Shown: one piece after another, positions 21,804-31,761 of the stretch
How positions within the stretch are numbered: position 1 is the stretch's first letter
Layout of the letters: the number at the start of each line of letters is the position of its first letter
Source: Deltaproteobacteria bacterium TL4
GTDB taxonomy: Bacteria > SAR324 > NAC60-12
Assembly (NCBI GenBank): GCA_051382335.1
Contig: JBBCAX010000034.1
Span: 1 to 64,000 of the forward strand
Reading direction: 5' to 3'
DNA length: 64,000 nt
Notes under the pieces: model-generated
Database searches by the model: none
Told to the model about the DNA's origin: nothing
What the model saw: the letters and a program-made list of their open reading frames with translations, nothing else
Translations under genes and position numbers: made by a program

Positions 21804-22038
21804 ACGCGATAAAACCGATTTCACCAAGACCAGCAATAGCGAAATCGGTTGGAGTCCTCATAGCTGAGAACTCGTGTGTGATACTTCTGACAGATAAAAA
21901 CCAATCTCTGAAAGCAATTTTAAAATAAACGAAAGCCTAAAACTCAAATGGGGTTCGTATTTTGCTTGATAGAAAACTTATCTTGAGATCACCACTCCGA
22001 TGATGTTGGGTCAATCTTAAACTACGGATCGGGAAGCA

Positions 22039-24510
22039 ATGAAAGACAAACGAATTGAAAGAATCCTAAATAAGATTACAGAGTTAGGGTTAGGGAACTT
22101 AGTTACGGCGACCATGCATGCGGATGGCAGAGACGACTTGGATGCCGTTTTGGTCGGGTTGAATATGTTGGGCGAAGAATTGTTGAAATCCACGGTGTCA
22201 CGGGATTACTTTGACAACATTCTTTCGACAATGGCGGATACGTTAATTGTGGCCAACTCAGACGGAATCATTCTCACCGTAAACCATGCGACACTCCGTT
22301 TACTCGGATATGAAGAATCCGAGTTGGTAGGACAGCCTCTCCATGTGATCTTTGCGACTCTGCCTAAATTTTTACAGGCTGCGGACATCAGGCAATACAT
22401 GGAACGTGGAAGAGAGAAGGCCGTGGAAGTGATTTATCTTTCTAAAGAGGGAAAACACATTAACATGTGGCTTTCCTGTTCTGTGATGAAAGACAAGCTT
22501 GACCAAAAACCCAAAGCCATTATTTGTATGGCGCAGGATATCACCACACAAAAAGACAGGGAAATGGCCTTCTACAAAATGTATCTGGCCGTTGAGCAAA
22601 GTTCTTTGGCGATTCTGATTACAGATCCCGACGCAAATATTGAGTATGTCAATCCGAAGTTTGAAAAGATGACCGGTTACTCACGTCATGAAGTTCAGGG
22701 CAAGAATTGCAACATTCTGCAATCTGGTAGAAACTCGACTGCATTATATCGTGAGATGTGGGAGAATATTTCACAAGGCAAAGAGTGGAGCGGAGAACTC
22801 CAAAACCGTGCCAAAGAGGGGACCGTCTATTGGGAGCAACTCTCCATTTCTCCAATTTTTGATGAACACAACAATATTGTCAATTTTCTGGGAATTGTAG
22901 AAGATATTACGGAAAAAAAACTGGCTCATTTTGAACTCAAACAAGCCAAAGAGGCCGCAGAACAAGCCAGTCAGGCCAAGTCACAATTCCTGGCCAATAT
23001 GAGTCATGAAATTCGTACCCCCTTAAATGCGATCAACGGTTACGCCCAAATTTTAATCCGGCGAGCACACCAGTCCGATATCCCGGACTCTTTCCAAAAA
23101 CCGTTGGAACATATTCGAACTGCAGGAGAAAACCTTTATGCCATCATCAACGATATCTTGGATTTGTCAAAAATTGAGGCAGGTAAATTACACATCGAAG
23201 AGGAGGTTTTTTCTCTTTCAGAATTACTCCAAAAAATAACGCGACTTAACTTGCATACCAGCAAAAATAAAGTTCCCTTACATTATGAGCTGACAGAAAC
23301 ACTTCCTGAAAATATTAAAACCGATCGAATTAAGTTGACTCAAATCTTAATGAACCTTGTCGGAAACGCGATTAAGTTTTCCAAACGAAACAGCCCTGTC
23401 CTCATCAAAGTACAACCTCAAAACGAAGATTTCCTTTTATTTCAAGTCATTGACAAAGGTATTGGAATTCCTGAAAATCATCGAGACCGTATTTTTGAAG
23501 CGTTTGAACAAGTCGATGGTTCGATTACCCGTCAGTTCGGAGGAACTGGCTTAGGCTTAGCGATTACCAAGAAACTGGTTATCGGGTTAGGAGGAGAGAT
23601 TCGGGTTGAAAGTGAGCTGAATCAAGGGTCATGCTTTTCCTTTACCATTCCTTTAAAACCTTCAAGCGCCTTAGAAATAAAGGAGCGTTTTTCGGAACAG
23701 GAACCCATTGTCTTTTCTAACGAAGTTTGTATTTTGGTTGTGGAAGATAACGAAATGAATCAAGAAATGATCATCACCTTATTTGAAGATTTCGGCATCA
23801 AAGTTCATCTGGCCTCCAATGGAGTTGAAGGCCTGGAAACTTTGGAACAGCTCGCGCAGGTCAATCAAAAGCCGGATTTGATACTCATGGATTTGCACAT
23901 GCCTAAAATGGGGGGGTTAGAAGCTATGGAGCACATTCGAAAAAACACGGAATACCAGTCCATTCCCATTGTCGTCCTTTCTGCCGATGCGTTCAGTGAG
24001 CAACAACAAAAAGCGTTTGCCGCAGGGGCCTCGGAATACCTGGTGAAACCCATTGATATTGACACCTTGTTACCAGTCTTAAACCAGTACTTAAAATCGA
24101 AGAATCACCCTAAAATGGAAATAAAAGACACACAACCGCAAACCGAGGGAGCTTCCTCCCTCCCCAAGAACGCTTCTGGTTCCACAGAGTGGGTTGATAC
24201 CCAGATCTTACTCAAATTAAAACCCAAACTTAGACAACGTGTTCTTACCTTGTTTTTTGAACAGTCTCCTGGAAATATTGACAAACTCAGACAATTTGCC
24301 AAAGACAATGACACCTTTCATTTTGGAGAACTGGCTCATAAGCTAAAGGGTAGCAGTCGGGGAATGGGAGCCATCCCTTTGGCAAAATTATGTGAAATCT
24401 TACAATTCAAGGGAGAACAAACGGATCTGACCGGCGTTTTCCCTTTACTTGATGAACTCGATCAGGTATCCCAAAAAACGATTGAAATCTTGAAAACACT
24501 GAAAGACTGA
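22039..24510 (+). CDS. Cytoplasmic hybrid kinase (PAS-PAS-HisKA-HATPase-REC-Hpt)
   Basis: Two PAS domains, FLANMSHEIRTPLN, GGTGLGL, receiver, Hpt AHKLKGSS. Confidence 0.93.
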   Translation: MKDKRIERILNKITELGLGNLVTATMHADGRDDLDAVLVGLNMLGEELLKSTVSRDYFDNILSTMADTLIVANSDGIILTVNHATLRLLGYEESELVGQPLHVIFATLPKFLQAADIRQYMERGREKAVEVIYLSKEGKHINMWLSCSVMKDKLDQKPKAIICMAQDITTQKDREMAFYKMYLAVEQSSLAILITDPDANIEYVNPKFEKMTGYSRHEVQGKNCNILQSGRNSTALYREMWENISQGKEWSGELQNRAKEGTVYWEQLSISPIFDEHNNIVNFLGIVEDITEKKLAHFELKQAKEAAEQASQAKSQFLANMSHEIRTPLNAINGYAQILIRRAHQSDIPDSFQKPLEHIRTAGENLYAIINDILDLSKIEAGKLHIEEEVFSLSELLQKITRLNLHTSKNKVPLHYELTETLPENIKTDRIKLTQILMNLVGNAIKFSKRNSPVLIKVQPQNEDFLLFQVIDKGIGIPENHRDRIFEAFEQVDGSITRQFGGTGLGLAITKKLVIGLGGEIRVESELNQGSCFSFTIPLKPSSALEIKERFSEQEPIVFSNEVCILVVEDNEMNQEMIITLFEDFGIKVHLASNGVEGLETLEQLAQVNQKPDLILMDLHMPKMGGLEAMEHIRKNTEYQSIPIVVLSADAFSEQQQKAFAAGASEYLVKPIDIDTLLPVLNQYLKSKNHPKMEIKDTQPQTEGASSLPKNASGSTEWVDTQILLKLKPKLRQRVLTLFFEQSPGNIDKLRQFAKDNDTFHFGELAHKLKGSSRGMGAIPLAKLCEILQFKGEQTDLTGVFPLLDELDQVSQKTIEILKTLKD

Positions 24511-24570
24511 TCTTAACTCATTTGGGGGGAGCTCATTTAATGACCATGGAATTTAGGGTAAAGAGGGCCC

Positions 24571-25569
24571 ATGTACAATGACTTTCTTTCTTTCAACTTG
24601 ATTAAAGGCATTTTGGATGTTGCCGCGGAAGATTATGGTTTTGATGTAAAAAAACTCCTGCAACACGCTAATATTCCCATCCAATTGTTAGAACATCCCT
24701 TTGCCCGAATCACCTACGAGCAGTTGCTGGGCCTGATCGAACGAGTTCTGCAATACACTCAAGATGAAGCGTTGGGCCTTCATATCGGAAAAAAAAACAT
24801 GAATTATGGTCGAGTTGGAGAAGTCATGTTTAATAGTTCATCGTTAAGACAGGGCTTGGAACTTTGTAGCCGATATCAACGTGTTGCGATGAAAGGGATT
24901 AACTTTGACTGGTTTGAGAATGGCGACAAGCTGTTTATACGAATAGAACCTCAAGTTCCAGAAATGGAAGTCTACCGTGGCATTGTTGAAGTCATCATGA
25001 CGGCGGTTCTTACGGCAGGCAGAAACCGTATGGAGCAAATGCCTGTTCCTTTGGAAGTCTCCTTTGAATATGAGACTCCTTCTTATCTGTCCAAATATGA
25101 AGAAGCCTTCCCTTGTCCTATTCGCTTCAATCAACCTCATAATCAAATGATCTTTAACTCAGAAGTCCTGGATTATCAATTCATCAACCCCGATCCGACT
25201 CTCTTCAGAATCATGCTGGATGTTTGTGAAAAGCTGATGAAGGAAATGTCGGACAAAGACGCGTTCACAACAAATGTCAAAAAACTGACGGAAAAAATGT
25301 TTGATTTCCAATTTCCAAACTTTGAAATTGTCGCTCGTACGATGGGAACAACCCCCCGAACTCTTCGCAGAAAATTGAATGAAGAACATGCCTCTTTTCA
25401 AGGAATCCTGAATGAAATCAGAGTGAAAAAAGCAACTTATTTTCTAAATAAAACCCATCTGTCCATGATGGAAATTTCCAACCAACTTGGATTTGCAAAC
25501 GCTAGTGCCTTTCACCGGGCTTTTAAAAAATGGACCGGTAAAACTCCAGGAGAATACAGAAACTCTTGA
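24571..25569 (+). CDS. AraC family transcriptional regulator
   Basis: C-terminal RTLRRKL...LGFANASAFHRAFKKWTGKTPGEYR. Confidence 0.92.
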   Translation: MYNDFLSFNLIKGILDVAAEDYGFDVKKLLQHANIPIQLLEHPFARITYEQLLGLIERVLQYTQDEALGLHIGKKNMNYGRVGEVMFNSSSLRQGLELCSRYQRVAMKGINFDWFENGDKLFIRIEPQVPEMEVYRGIVEVIMTAVLTAGRNRMEQMPVPLEVSFEYETPSYLSKYEEAFPCPIRFNQPHNQMIFNSEVLDYQFINPDPTLFRIMLDVCEKLMKEMSDKDAFTTNVKKLTEKMFDFQFPNFEIVARTMGTTPRTLRRKLNEEHASFQGILNEIRVKKATYFLNKTHLSMMEISNQLGFANASAFHRAFKKWTGKTPGEYRNS

Positions 25570-25786
25570 TTAATGACTGGCGGATATGGGGGAGGAAGCC
25601 CTCTCAGGGCAAGGATCATTTCATGGCAATTGAAATCTTTTTTTGCTTTTGATTCGCATTTTATAGTTGTTTTTTAGCATTTTTGTTGCCATCAAAAGAA
25701 AGAGGTGAGTCCACCGCAGAACCATAGGCACTGAAAGCGGAACTTTGAACGGGTGAATATTTCACTTTTTCTGGTACCACTTCACA

Positions 25787-25881
25787 GTCCCCCCCTGCAA
25801 AGGCAGGGGATCCGTTTGCGGGCACGAAGTATGTCTTTATTTTCAAACCCGGAACTGGAGACCTGTCTTCGCAGGGAGGAC
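25787..25881. repeat. Degenerate inverted pair of short palindromic REP-like repeats
   Basis: GTCCCCCCCTGCAAAGGCAGGGGATCC ... GGAGACCTGTCTTCGCAGGGAGGAC, resembling GTCATTCCCGCGAAGGCGGGAATCC-type repeats. Confidence 0.5.
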
Positions 25882-25933
25882 AAAAAATAATAACATGGCC
25901 GTTGGTGTGTCATCTAAGGTAGGAGTAAGGGAA

Positions 25934-26215
25934 ATGGCGTTTCTTGAAATCAAAGGGAATCGGAATATATATATTCATGAGCATGGAGAACAGATGGATG
26001 AAGTGCCATCTCATGGATACTGGCTTAATATTGATCAGTTTATTAGTATCGAGTTTAAAGAAACTGCTAAGGAACATAGCATTAATTTTAAAAAATTAAT
26101 AGGACAGGAAAACGATACATTAATCACTGTTGTTTCTGTGAGATTCGGAAAAAATGTTGAAGAATCAGAATCAGAATTTCAACAAATCCGTCAATTTTTA
26201 AAAAACCAAGGATAG
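25934..26215 (+). CDS. Hypothetical protein
   Basis: 93-aa ORF with a purine-rich RBS, directly upstream of the acyltransferase. Confidence 0.6.
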   Translation: MAFLEIKGNRNIYIHEHGEQMDEVPSHGYWLNIDQFISIEFKETAKEHSINFKKLIGQENDTLITVVSVRFGKNVEESESEFQQIRQFLKNQG

Positions 26216-26219
26216 AATT

Positions 26220-26969
26220 ATGGCTTCAATATATCAAAATATTCAAAATTTCGTGTCACCTTTCGTTAAGAAGTACTCCCGTTTGGAAGTGAAAGGGCTG
26301 GAAAACCTTCCATCAGGAACTCGTGGCGCAATATTGGCTCCGAATCATAGCGGAAGTTTATGGTGGGACGCTTTATGTTTAATCTCAGCAATTCCTGATC
26401 GAGAAATACGCTTTGTTGCACATTATTGGGACGCCAGTGTTGCTGTGATTCGTAAAAGTTTGGAAATGATGGACACTTATTTTCTTGACCAAAACTTGAA
26501 TACCATCGATACGCACAATGCGATCGTTCATGGGTTAAAAGCCGGTGAGTTGTTGTGCCAATATCCTGAAGAGTCGTATCATACCATTCGTGACCGGTAC
26601 ACTCTGTTCCGTCCCGCACCTCAAATCATCAAATACGCACATCTTGCGCAAGTGCCCGTCATTCCTGTCGCCGTCATCGGAGTGGAAGAAGCCGCGGCCA
26701 CATTGGGCGGGATCAAGCTGAGAGGTGTTCCCTTGCACATTCCTTTGCACGTCCCCTTGATTCTCCCCATTAAAGTCACCATTGAATTCGGGACACCTCG
26801 TACTTTTGAAGAACTCACAAGAACGCCCAAAGACTCCTCTTCCATCACAGAAAGCATTTATCAGCAGGGAGCCGATCAATTGGTGGAGTATATGAAATTT
26901 TTGATTGGCAACTACCGGGAATGTAAAATTTCAGAAGAACGCTATCTGGAAAGAAAAAGTTATTTTTAA
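26220..26969 (+). CDS. Lysophospholipid acyltransferase family protein
   Basis: EVKGLENLP, APNHSG...D, YPE, VPVIPVAVIG. Confidence 0.85.
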   Translation: MASIYQNIQNFVSPFVKKYSRLEVKGLENLPSGTRGAILAPNHSGSLWWDALCLISAIPDREIRFVAHYWDASVAVIRKSLEMMDTYFLDQNLNTIDTHNAIVHGLKAGELLCQYPEESYHTIRDRYTLFRPAPQIIKYAHLAQVPVIPVAVIGVEEAAATLGGIKLRGVPLHIPLHVPLILPIKVTIEFGTPRTFEELTRTPKDSSSITESIYQQGADQLVEYMKFLIGNYRECKISEERYLERKSYF

Positions 26970-27844
26970 CTTCTCAAGGTGTGTTGGTGTAAGGATAGAG
27001 TCTTACGAATAGCAGGGTAGATGGACGTTTCAGTTGTCAATTGTTGAAGCTCGATATGTTGCTGCAGGCAACTTTGACGTAAGTTTTCGTGATGACAACT
27101 GAAGTTTGTTTGGTATTTCTCCCAGTCTTGTTGCGATATCCAACGCTTCTGAGTGGGATTTTCAAGATTTTGTATTTGGAATTGTCGGAATGTCGGTTTG
27201 ATTTCCTCTGAATCCAAAATTCTATAAAAGGAAATATTTCTGGCTGTAAATTGGCTCATTTTTATCCAACGTTGCCATTCTGATTCTGGAACTAAAAAAT
27301 CGGAAATTAAAAATAAGTGATCTATCGAACGGATAGGATGGTTCAACTGGAAATTACCAGAAGTCGGCTCTTGGCCGTCTTTTAATTTTTTAAGTTGCTG
27401 AACCAAATGATAAAAGGCCTTTCTGGACGCACGAGGCATTAAAATTTTTTCAGAAGTATACATTGGATGCAAACTTAAACCATCCCCTTGCTTATGAAGA
27501 ACGTATCCTATTCCAAAAGCCAGGAGTGAAGCCGCACGAAACTTGGAAAGTGTTGAAGATTCAGACGCAAAATTCATGGATGCGGAATTATCAAACACAA
27601 TTAATGAACTCGCAGGGCTATGACGGTCGCGTTGTTTGACGTAGTAACGATCGGTCCGGGCATAAACACGCCAATCAATTTCTTTGATATCATCCCCGGC
27701 ACGGTACTCCCGATATTCCGAAAACTCCAGACTGCGACCGCGGTAAGACAGTGGATGAATCCCGATTCTATTAGCATGAGGAGAGGGTGTGAGGTACAGT
27801 TCAACTTGCTTGAGTTGCGTTAAAAAATCTTGATTGTCAATCAT
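26966..27844 (-). CDS. DUF58 domain protein
   Basis: GRSLEFSEYREYRAGDDIKEIDWRVYART; DNSASM. Confidence 0.88.
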   Translation of the reverse strand: MIDNQDFLTQLKQVELYLTPSPHANRIGIHPLSYRGRSLEFSEYREYRAGDDIKEIDWRVYARTDRYYVKQRDRHSPASSLIVFDNSASMNFASESSTLSKFRAASLLAFGIGYVLHKQGDGLSLHPMYTSEKILMPRASRKAFYHLVQQLKKLKDGQEPTSGNFQLNHPIRSIDHLFLISDFLVPESEWQRWIKMSQFTARNISFYRILDSEEIKPTFRQFQIQNLENPTQKRWISQQDWEKYQTNFSCHHENLRQSCLQQHIELQQLTTETSIYPAIRKTLSLHQHTLRS

Positions 27845-27853
27845 TCAGGATGC

Positions 27854-29134
27854 TTATTCTTCTGTGAGTTTCACAAAAATCATTTCTTCTTGACGACTAT
27901 AACTAACGATTTTTGCTGAGGTGTGTTTCAGGACACTTTCGGAATCAAAAAATACAACTTGAAAAGGAACCTCCTGATCTTGTTTAAGCTCAAAGTTCGC
28001 GTTATTACGGCCATTATTGTACTTATAGAAATCTGTGACCTTTTGTATTCCCCACGTGGCAAGCTCTTCTTCAGAAAGGGTGTTTCCGGCATAGACGATC
28101 CTGCTCTCCACCACGTTTCGACTGAGATCAAACGCGATCCCTTTGAGTTGAATCCAACGGATTTGATCTTCCGTTGGAAAACGATTGATGAGCGTTCCAT
28201 TGACCACAAATAACGTCCGCTGACTAGGAATGTTTTTCACCCGGATTCCTTGTAATGGCCCCGCAAACTCAAAGCGATGAACCGGCTTCCCCATGAGTTG
28301 ACTAAAAACCGACGAATCCACTAAACCTAAATAAATCCCTGTCCCTGTCACTCCAAGGAAAGCTAACAACACCAAGGTCAAAATAACCACCATCTTGCCC
28401 CAAGGAGGCTCTTCATCCATCTCGTCTTCTTCAACAATGGGCAAGTTTGCATGAGATCTTCGACGAAGTTGTCCTGGTTTGGTGTCTTGAGGGGAGGTAG
28501 TTAAAGCTTCAGATAATGTTGAGGTCAAGGGAGCTTGATTGAAAATATTCTCTGGAATTTCGGACAACGCCATCAACCGTTCGGAAGTTTCTTCAATCGA
28601 GCCGTTTTCTAATGGAGGCGAATCCGAGGACAGATGGTTTGAGGATGAGATTGTTTCCTCAGAACGAAGCGTTTTAGATCGGTCTCCTGCCGGTCCCATG
28701 AAAAGCTTATAGCGTTGGTTTTCTTTGATGGGCTTGTTTTTTACCTGAATCTCATCATCAAGCGCTGTAGATTCCAAATACGCCAGATCCGCTTCAGAGG
28801 GGACTTTAAGTTGACTTTGTGCTGATGAGGACATGGTCTTTTTCCCAAAAATCTCCGGAGTAAAAATATGCTGACATCGCATGCATTTGACTTTCGTGAT
28901 TTCCTCTGAGAGCCGCGCTTGCTTGACTCTGTACTTAGTTCCACATTGAGTACACTGAATAGCAATTTTCGCTTTTTCACCCGAGAAATCCGCAAAAGAG
29001 GATTCCTCTGCTGAGGAAAGAGGAATCTGATTTTGACAGCTCTTACATTTAACAAAAGTCTTGCCGCTAGGTAAAGAACCAACATCGAGGCGGTATGTTG
29101 CTTGACATGAAGAGCAATGGATCAGCATGGGCAT
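27854..29134 (-). CDS. Double MJ0042-type zinc-ribbon protein with TM helix and DUF3426-like C-terminus
   Basis: CSSCQATYR..VKCKSC and CTQCGTKYR..VKCMRCQHIF; TM helix at ~aa 250; LFVVNGTLIN. Confidence 0.78.
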   Translation of the reverse strand: MPMLIHCSSCQATYRLDVGSLPSGKTFVKCKSCQNQIPLSSAEESSFADFSGEKAKIAIQCTQCGTKYRVKQARLSEEITKVKCMRCQHIFTPEIFGKKTMSSSAQSQLKVPSEADLAYLESTALDDEIQVKNKPIKENQRYKLFMGPAGDRSKTLRSEETISSSNHLSSDSPPLENGSIEETSERLMALSEIPENIFNQAPLTSTLSEALTTSPQDTKPGQLRRRSHANLPIVEEDEMDEEPPWGKMVVILTLVLLAFLGVTGTGIYLGLVDSSVFSQLMGKPVHRFEFAGPLQGIRVKNIPSQRTLFVVNGTLINRFPTEDQIRWIQLKGIAFDLSRNVVESRIVYAGNTLSEEELATWGIQKVTDFYKYNNGRNNANFELKQDQEVPFQVVFFDSESVLKHTSAKIVSYSRQEEMIFVKLTEE

Positions 29135-29574
29135 TTTATATCAAAAAATATTTGAAAAACTGGAAACAGATCAAGGCACTTTTAAAAACTGAGAAACACA
29201 AATACAGCATTCAGATGCTTTTCAAAATATCAATGATTGCAATGCTTAGAAATGATTATCGCCCTTTTGCTCCGTCCAGTGATTTCCCAAAACAAACAAG
29301 ACAGCACATGCGAAACAGCTCCATCCAATAAGACTCGTAATCGTTAATACTGACATAATACACTCTTATTTTGTTAATCTCATTATGATTGACCTTTGCA
29401 TACTGATTTGAATATAGCAACCTCCCTAAGTGTTGCAAGATTTATCCGATCACGTTTACCGTAAATAACAAAATATTTTAGTATTTGATCCATGCGGCTT
29501 GCCTCTTTACCTTTCCCTCTCACTTTTTCCGTAGGCACTTAATTCGCACTCCCATGAATATAGTGAATATTTTG

Positions 29575-29799
29575 GGTAGTGTCCCAGATTGACTTTAAAG
29601 TTGTGAATAAATACTTGTCTTATCAGTAGTTTAAAAACTGATCCCTTCAGTGAATTCGACTATCTGTATGAAGCATGACAGCAAAACCTTATTGTTCCTT
29701 GATAAGATGTTTTCCATAGACGACATCCTGGGGTTTATTATTTTATTTAACTAATTGATATCATAATGCAATAACTGTATGTTAATCTGGGACACTACC
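29575..29799. mobile_element. 225-bp non-coding MITE
   Basis: 16-bp perfect terminal inverted repeats GGTAGTGTCCCAGATT / AATCTGGGACACTACC; no transposase ORF; no clear target duplication. Confidence 0.75.
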
Positions 29800-30069
29800 G
29801 AAATATCCATAAAGCCGTGGATAGAAACTTTTCAGAATTGGAGGCTAGCCGCAAACAGGAGGTTATATTGACTCCGGTTACCACAGGAACCAAACGACAA
29901 GCCTCGTCAGCTCCCAAAGAATCACAAGAAGAAGGCTGTTAGTGGTTTGCTACCTCATTCAGACTTTTTATCTGATCACTCTCTTTCCCGGACAGGCTTT
30001 TCCATTTCGTCCTTCCACAACCGAAGAGACTCTTTGATACCGCTTGGCAAAGGAAGGTTGTTAACACGT

Positions 30070-31353
30070 TTATAATTTTGCAATAGCGTTTCTTAAACCT
30101 TCGGCTGTTTTTTCCAGATCCTCATCGGTATGAGCCGTTGAAACAAATAAAGATTCGAAAGCTGAAGGCGCAATGTAAATGCCTTCCAAAAGGAGATTCT
30201 TAAAAAGTTTCGCAAACAATTTGGTATCGGTTTTCAGCGCTTCATCATAATTAGAAATCGGTTTATCTGAGATAAAAAATCCGAACATTCCTCCTGCATG
30301 ATGAGTTTGAACAGGAATTCCGGATTTAGAAAACGCAGATTGAATTTCATGAATCAACCATGAGGTCTTCCTTCCAAGCTCTGCATAGACTCCGTCTTTT
30401 TTGAGTATCTCCAAGGTTTTAATGCCTGCGGCAACGGCGATAGGATTTCCTGAAAGTGTTCCTGCCTGATAAACAGGCCCTACAGGAGCCACTTGCAACA
30501 TGATATCCTGGCGTCCGCCATAGGCGCCCACAGGAAGTCCGCCTCCAATCACCTTGCCAAAAGTGCTGAGATCCGGCATCACTTGAAGTAAGGCTTGAGC
30601 GCCTCCAAAATCGACACGAAATCCGGTCATGACTTCATCTAAAATCAGAACGATTCCCTCGCGGTCACAGACTTCTCTCAGACCTCTTATAAATTTCAGA
30701 TTAGGAGCAATCATTCCCATATTACCGGGAATCGGTTCCAGAATGATAGCGGCAATTTCTCCGGAATGTTGATCCACAAGGTTCGTAACGGACTCAAGAT
30801 CATTAAATTTTGCGAGTAATGTGGATTCCACAAAGGCCGCAGGGACTCCCGCAGAATCCGGAGTTCCTAAAGTTGTCGCACCCGAACCGGCTTTGACGAG
30901 TAAGAAATCAACACTACCGTGATAGCAGCCTTCAAATTTAATGACTTTATCTCGCCCGGTATACCCACGAGCAACACGAATGGCACCCATTGTGGCTTCT
31001 GTTCCAGAGTTTACCAAACGTAACATTTCCACACTGGGTACCGCCTCCCGGACCATTTCCGCCAGTTGTATTTCCGCTTCAGTAGGAGCACCAAACGAAG
31101 TTCCATTCCGTAGCGCATGGGTGATGGCATGGAGGACTTCCTCGTGGCAATGTCCCAAAATGAGTGGTCCCCAAGATCCTACATAGTCAATAAACTCATT
31201 ACCATCGACATCATATATCTTAGACCCTTTTCCCCTTTCAATAAAAAGAGGAGTCATTCCGACTGATTTAAACGCACGAACGGGGCTATTCACCCCTCCA
31301 GGAAGTGATTGTTGTGCCCGCTCAAAAAGTTGAATAGATTTTGAAATTTGCAT
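30070..31353 (-). CDS. hemL: Glutamate-1-semialdehyde 2,1-aminomutase
   Basis: PGGVNSPVRAF, NSGTEATM, DEVMTGFR, GKVIGGGLPVGAYGG, YQAGTLSGNP. Confidence 0.97.
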   Translation of the reverse strand: MQISKSIQLFERAQQSLPGGVNSPVRAFKSVGMTPLFIERGKGSKIYDVDGNEFIDYVGSWGPLILGHCHEEVLHAITHALRNGTSFGAPTEAEIQLAEMVREAVPSVEMLRLVNSGTEATMGAIRVARGYTGRDKVIKFEGCYHGSVDFLLVKAGSGATTLGTPDSAGVPAAFVESTLLAKFNDLESVTNLVDQHSGEIAAIILEPIPGNMGMIAPNLKFIRGLREVCDREGIVLILDEVMTGFRVDFGGAQALLQVMPDLSTFGKVIGGGLPVGAYGGRQDIMLQVAPVGPVYQAGTLSGNPIAVAAGIKTLEILKKDGVYAELGRKTSWLIHEIQSAFSKSGIPVQTHHAGGMFGFFISDKPISNYDEALKTDTKLFAKLFKNLLLEGIYIAPSAFESLFVSTAHTDEDLEKTAEGLRNAIAKL

Positions 31354-31761
31354 AAGTCCTAGTTCCACAAAGAATGTTATAGTGTGTGAGTTTCATTTTC
31401 AGTCTGCTTATCTCACAATTCAAATCGCAAGAAAAGTCAAAATATTAAGAGAAGACCAGGAAATCTGCCAAGAAATCGACTTTGATGGCGATTACACCTC
31501 AAAGGGACAATGTTTTACTGGGGGCAAAATCAAAATTTAATTCGTGTCTACACGGTGGGAGCCGTAGTGGCTCAAAGGAGGGATCAATAATGTGATGAGA
31601 AAAACCGCTTGAGTGAGTTGTGTACTCCACAAGTGCAGCATGCCAAAACTTTCACGAAATTCCGCCAAGTTCCAGCGCACCGCATCAAATACGAGACCTT
31701 TCATCTCTGGCGTAATAAAAAACGCTAAATAGATCCAAATAACAAATAAAATTCCTGGCTA

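Noticed and set aside
25700..25881. Cobalamin riboswitch, SRP RNA or 6S RNA
   Set aside because: GGAGACCTG resembles a B12 riboswitch 3' end, but the other conserved boxes and the SRP motif are absent. A REP-like pair explains the stem.
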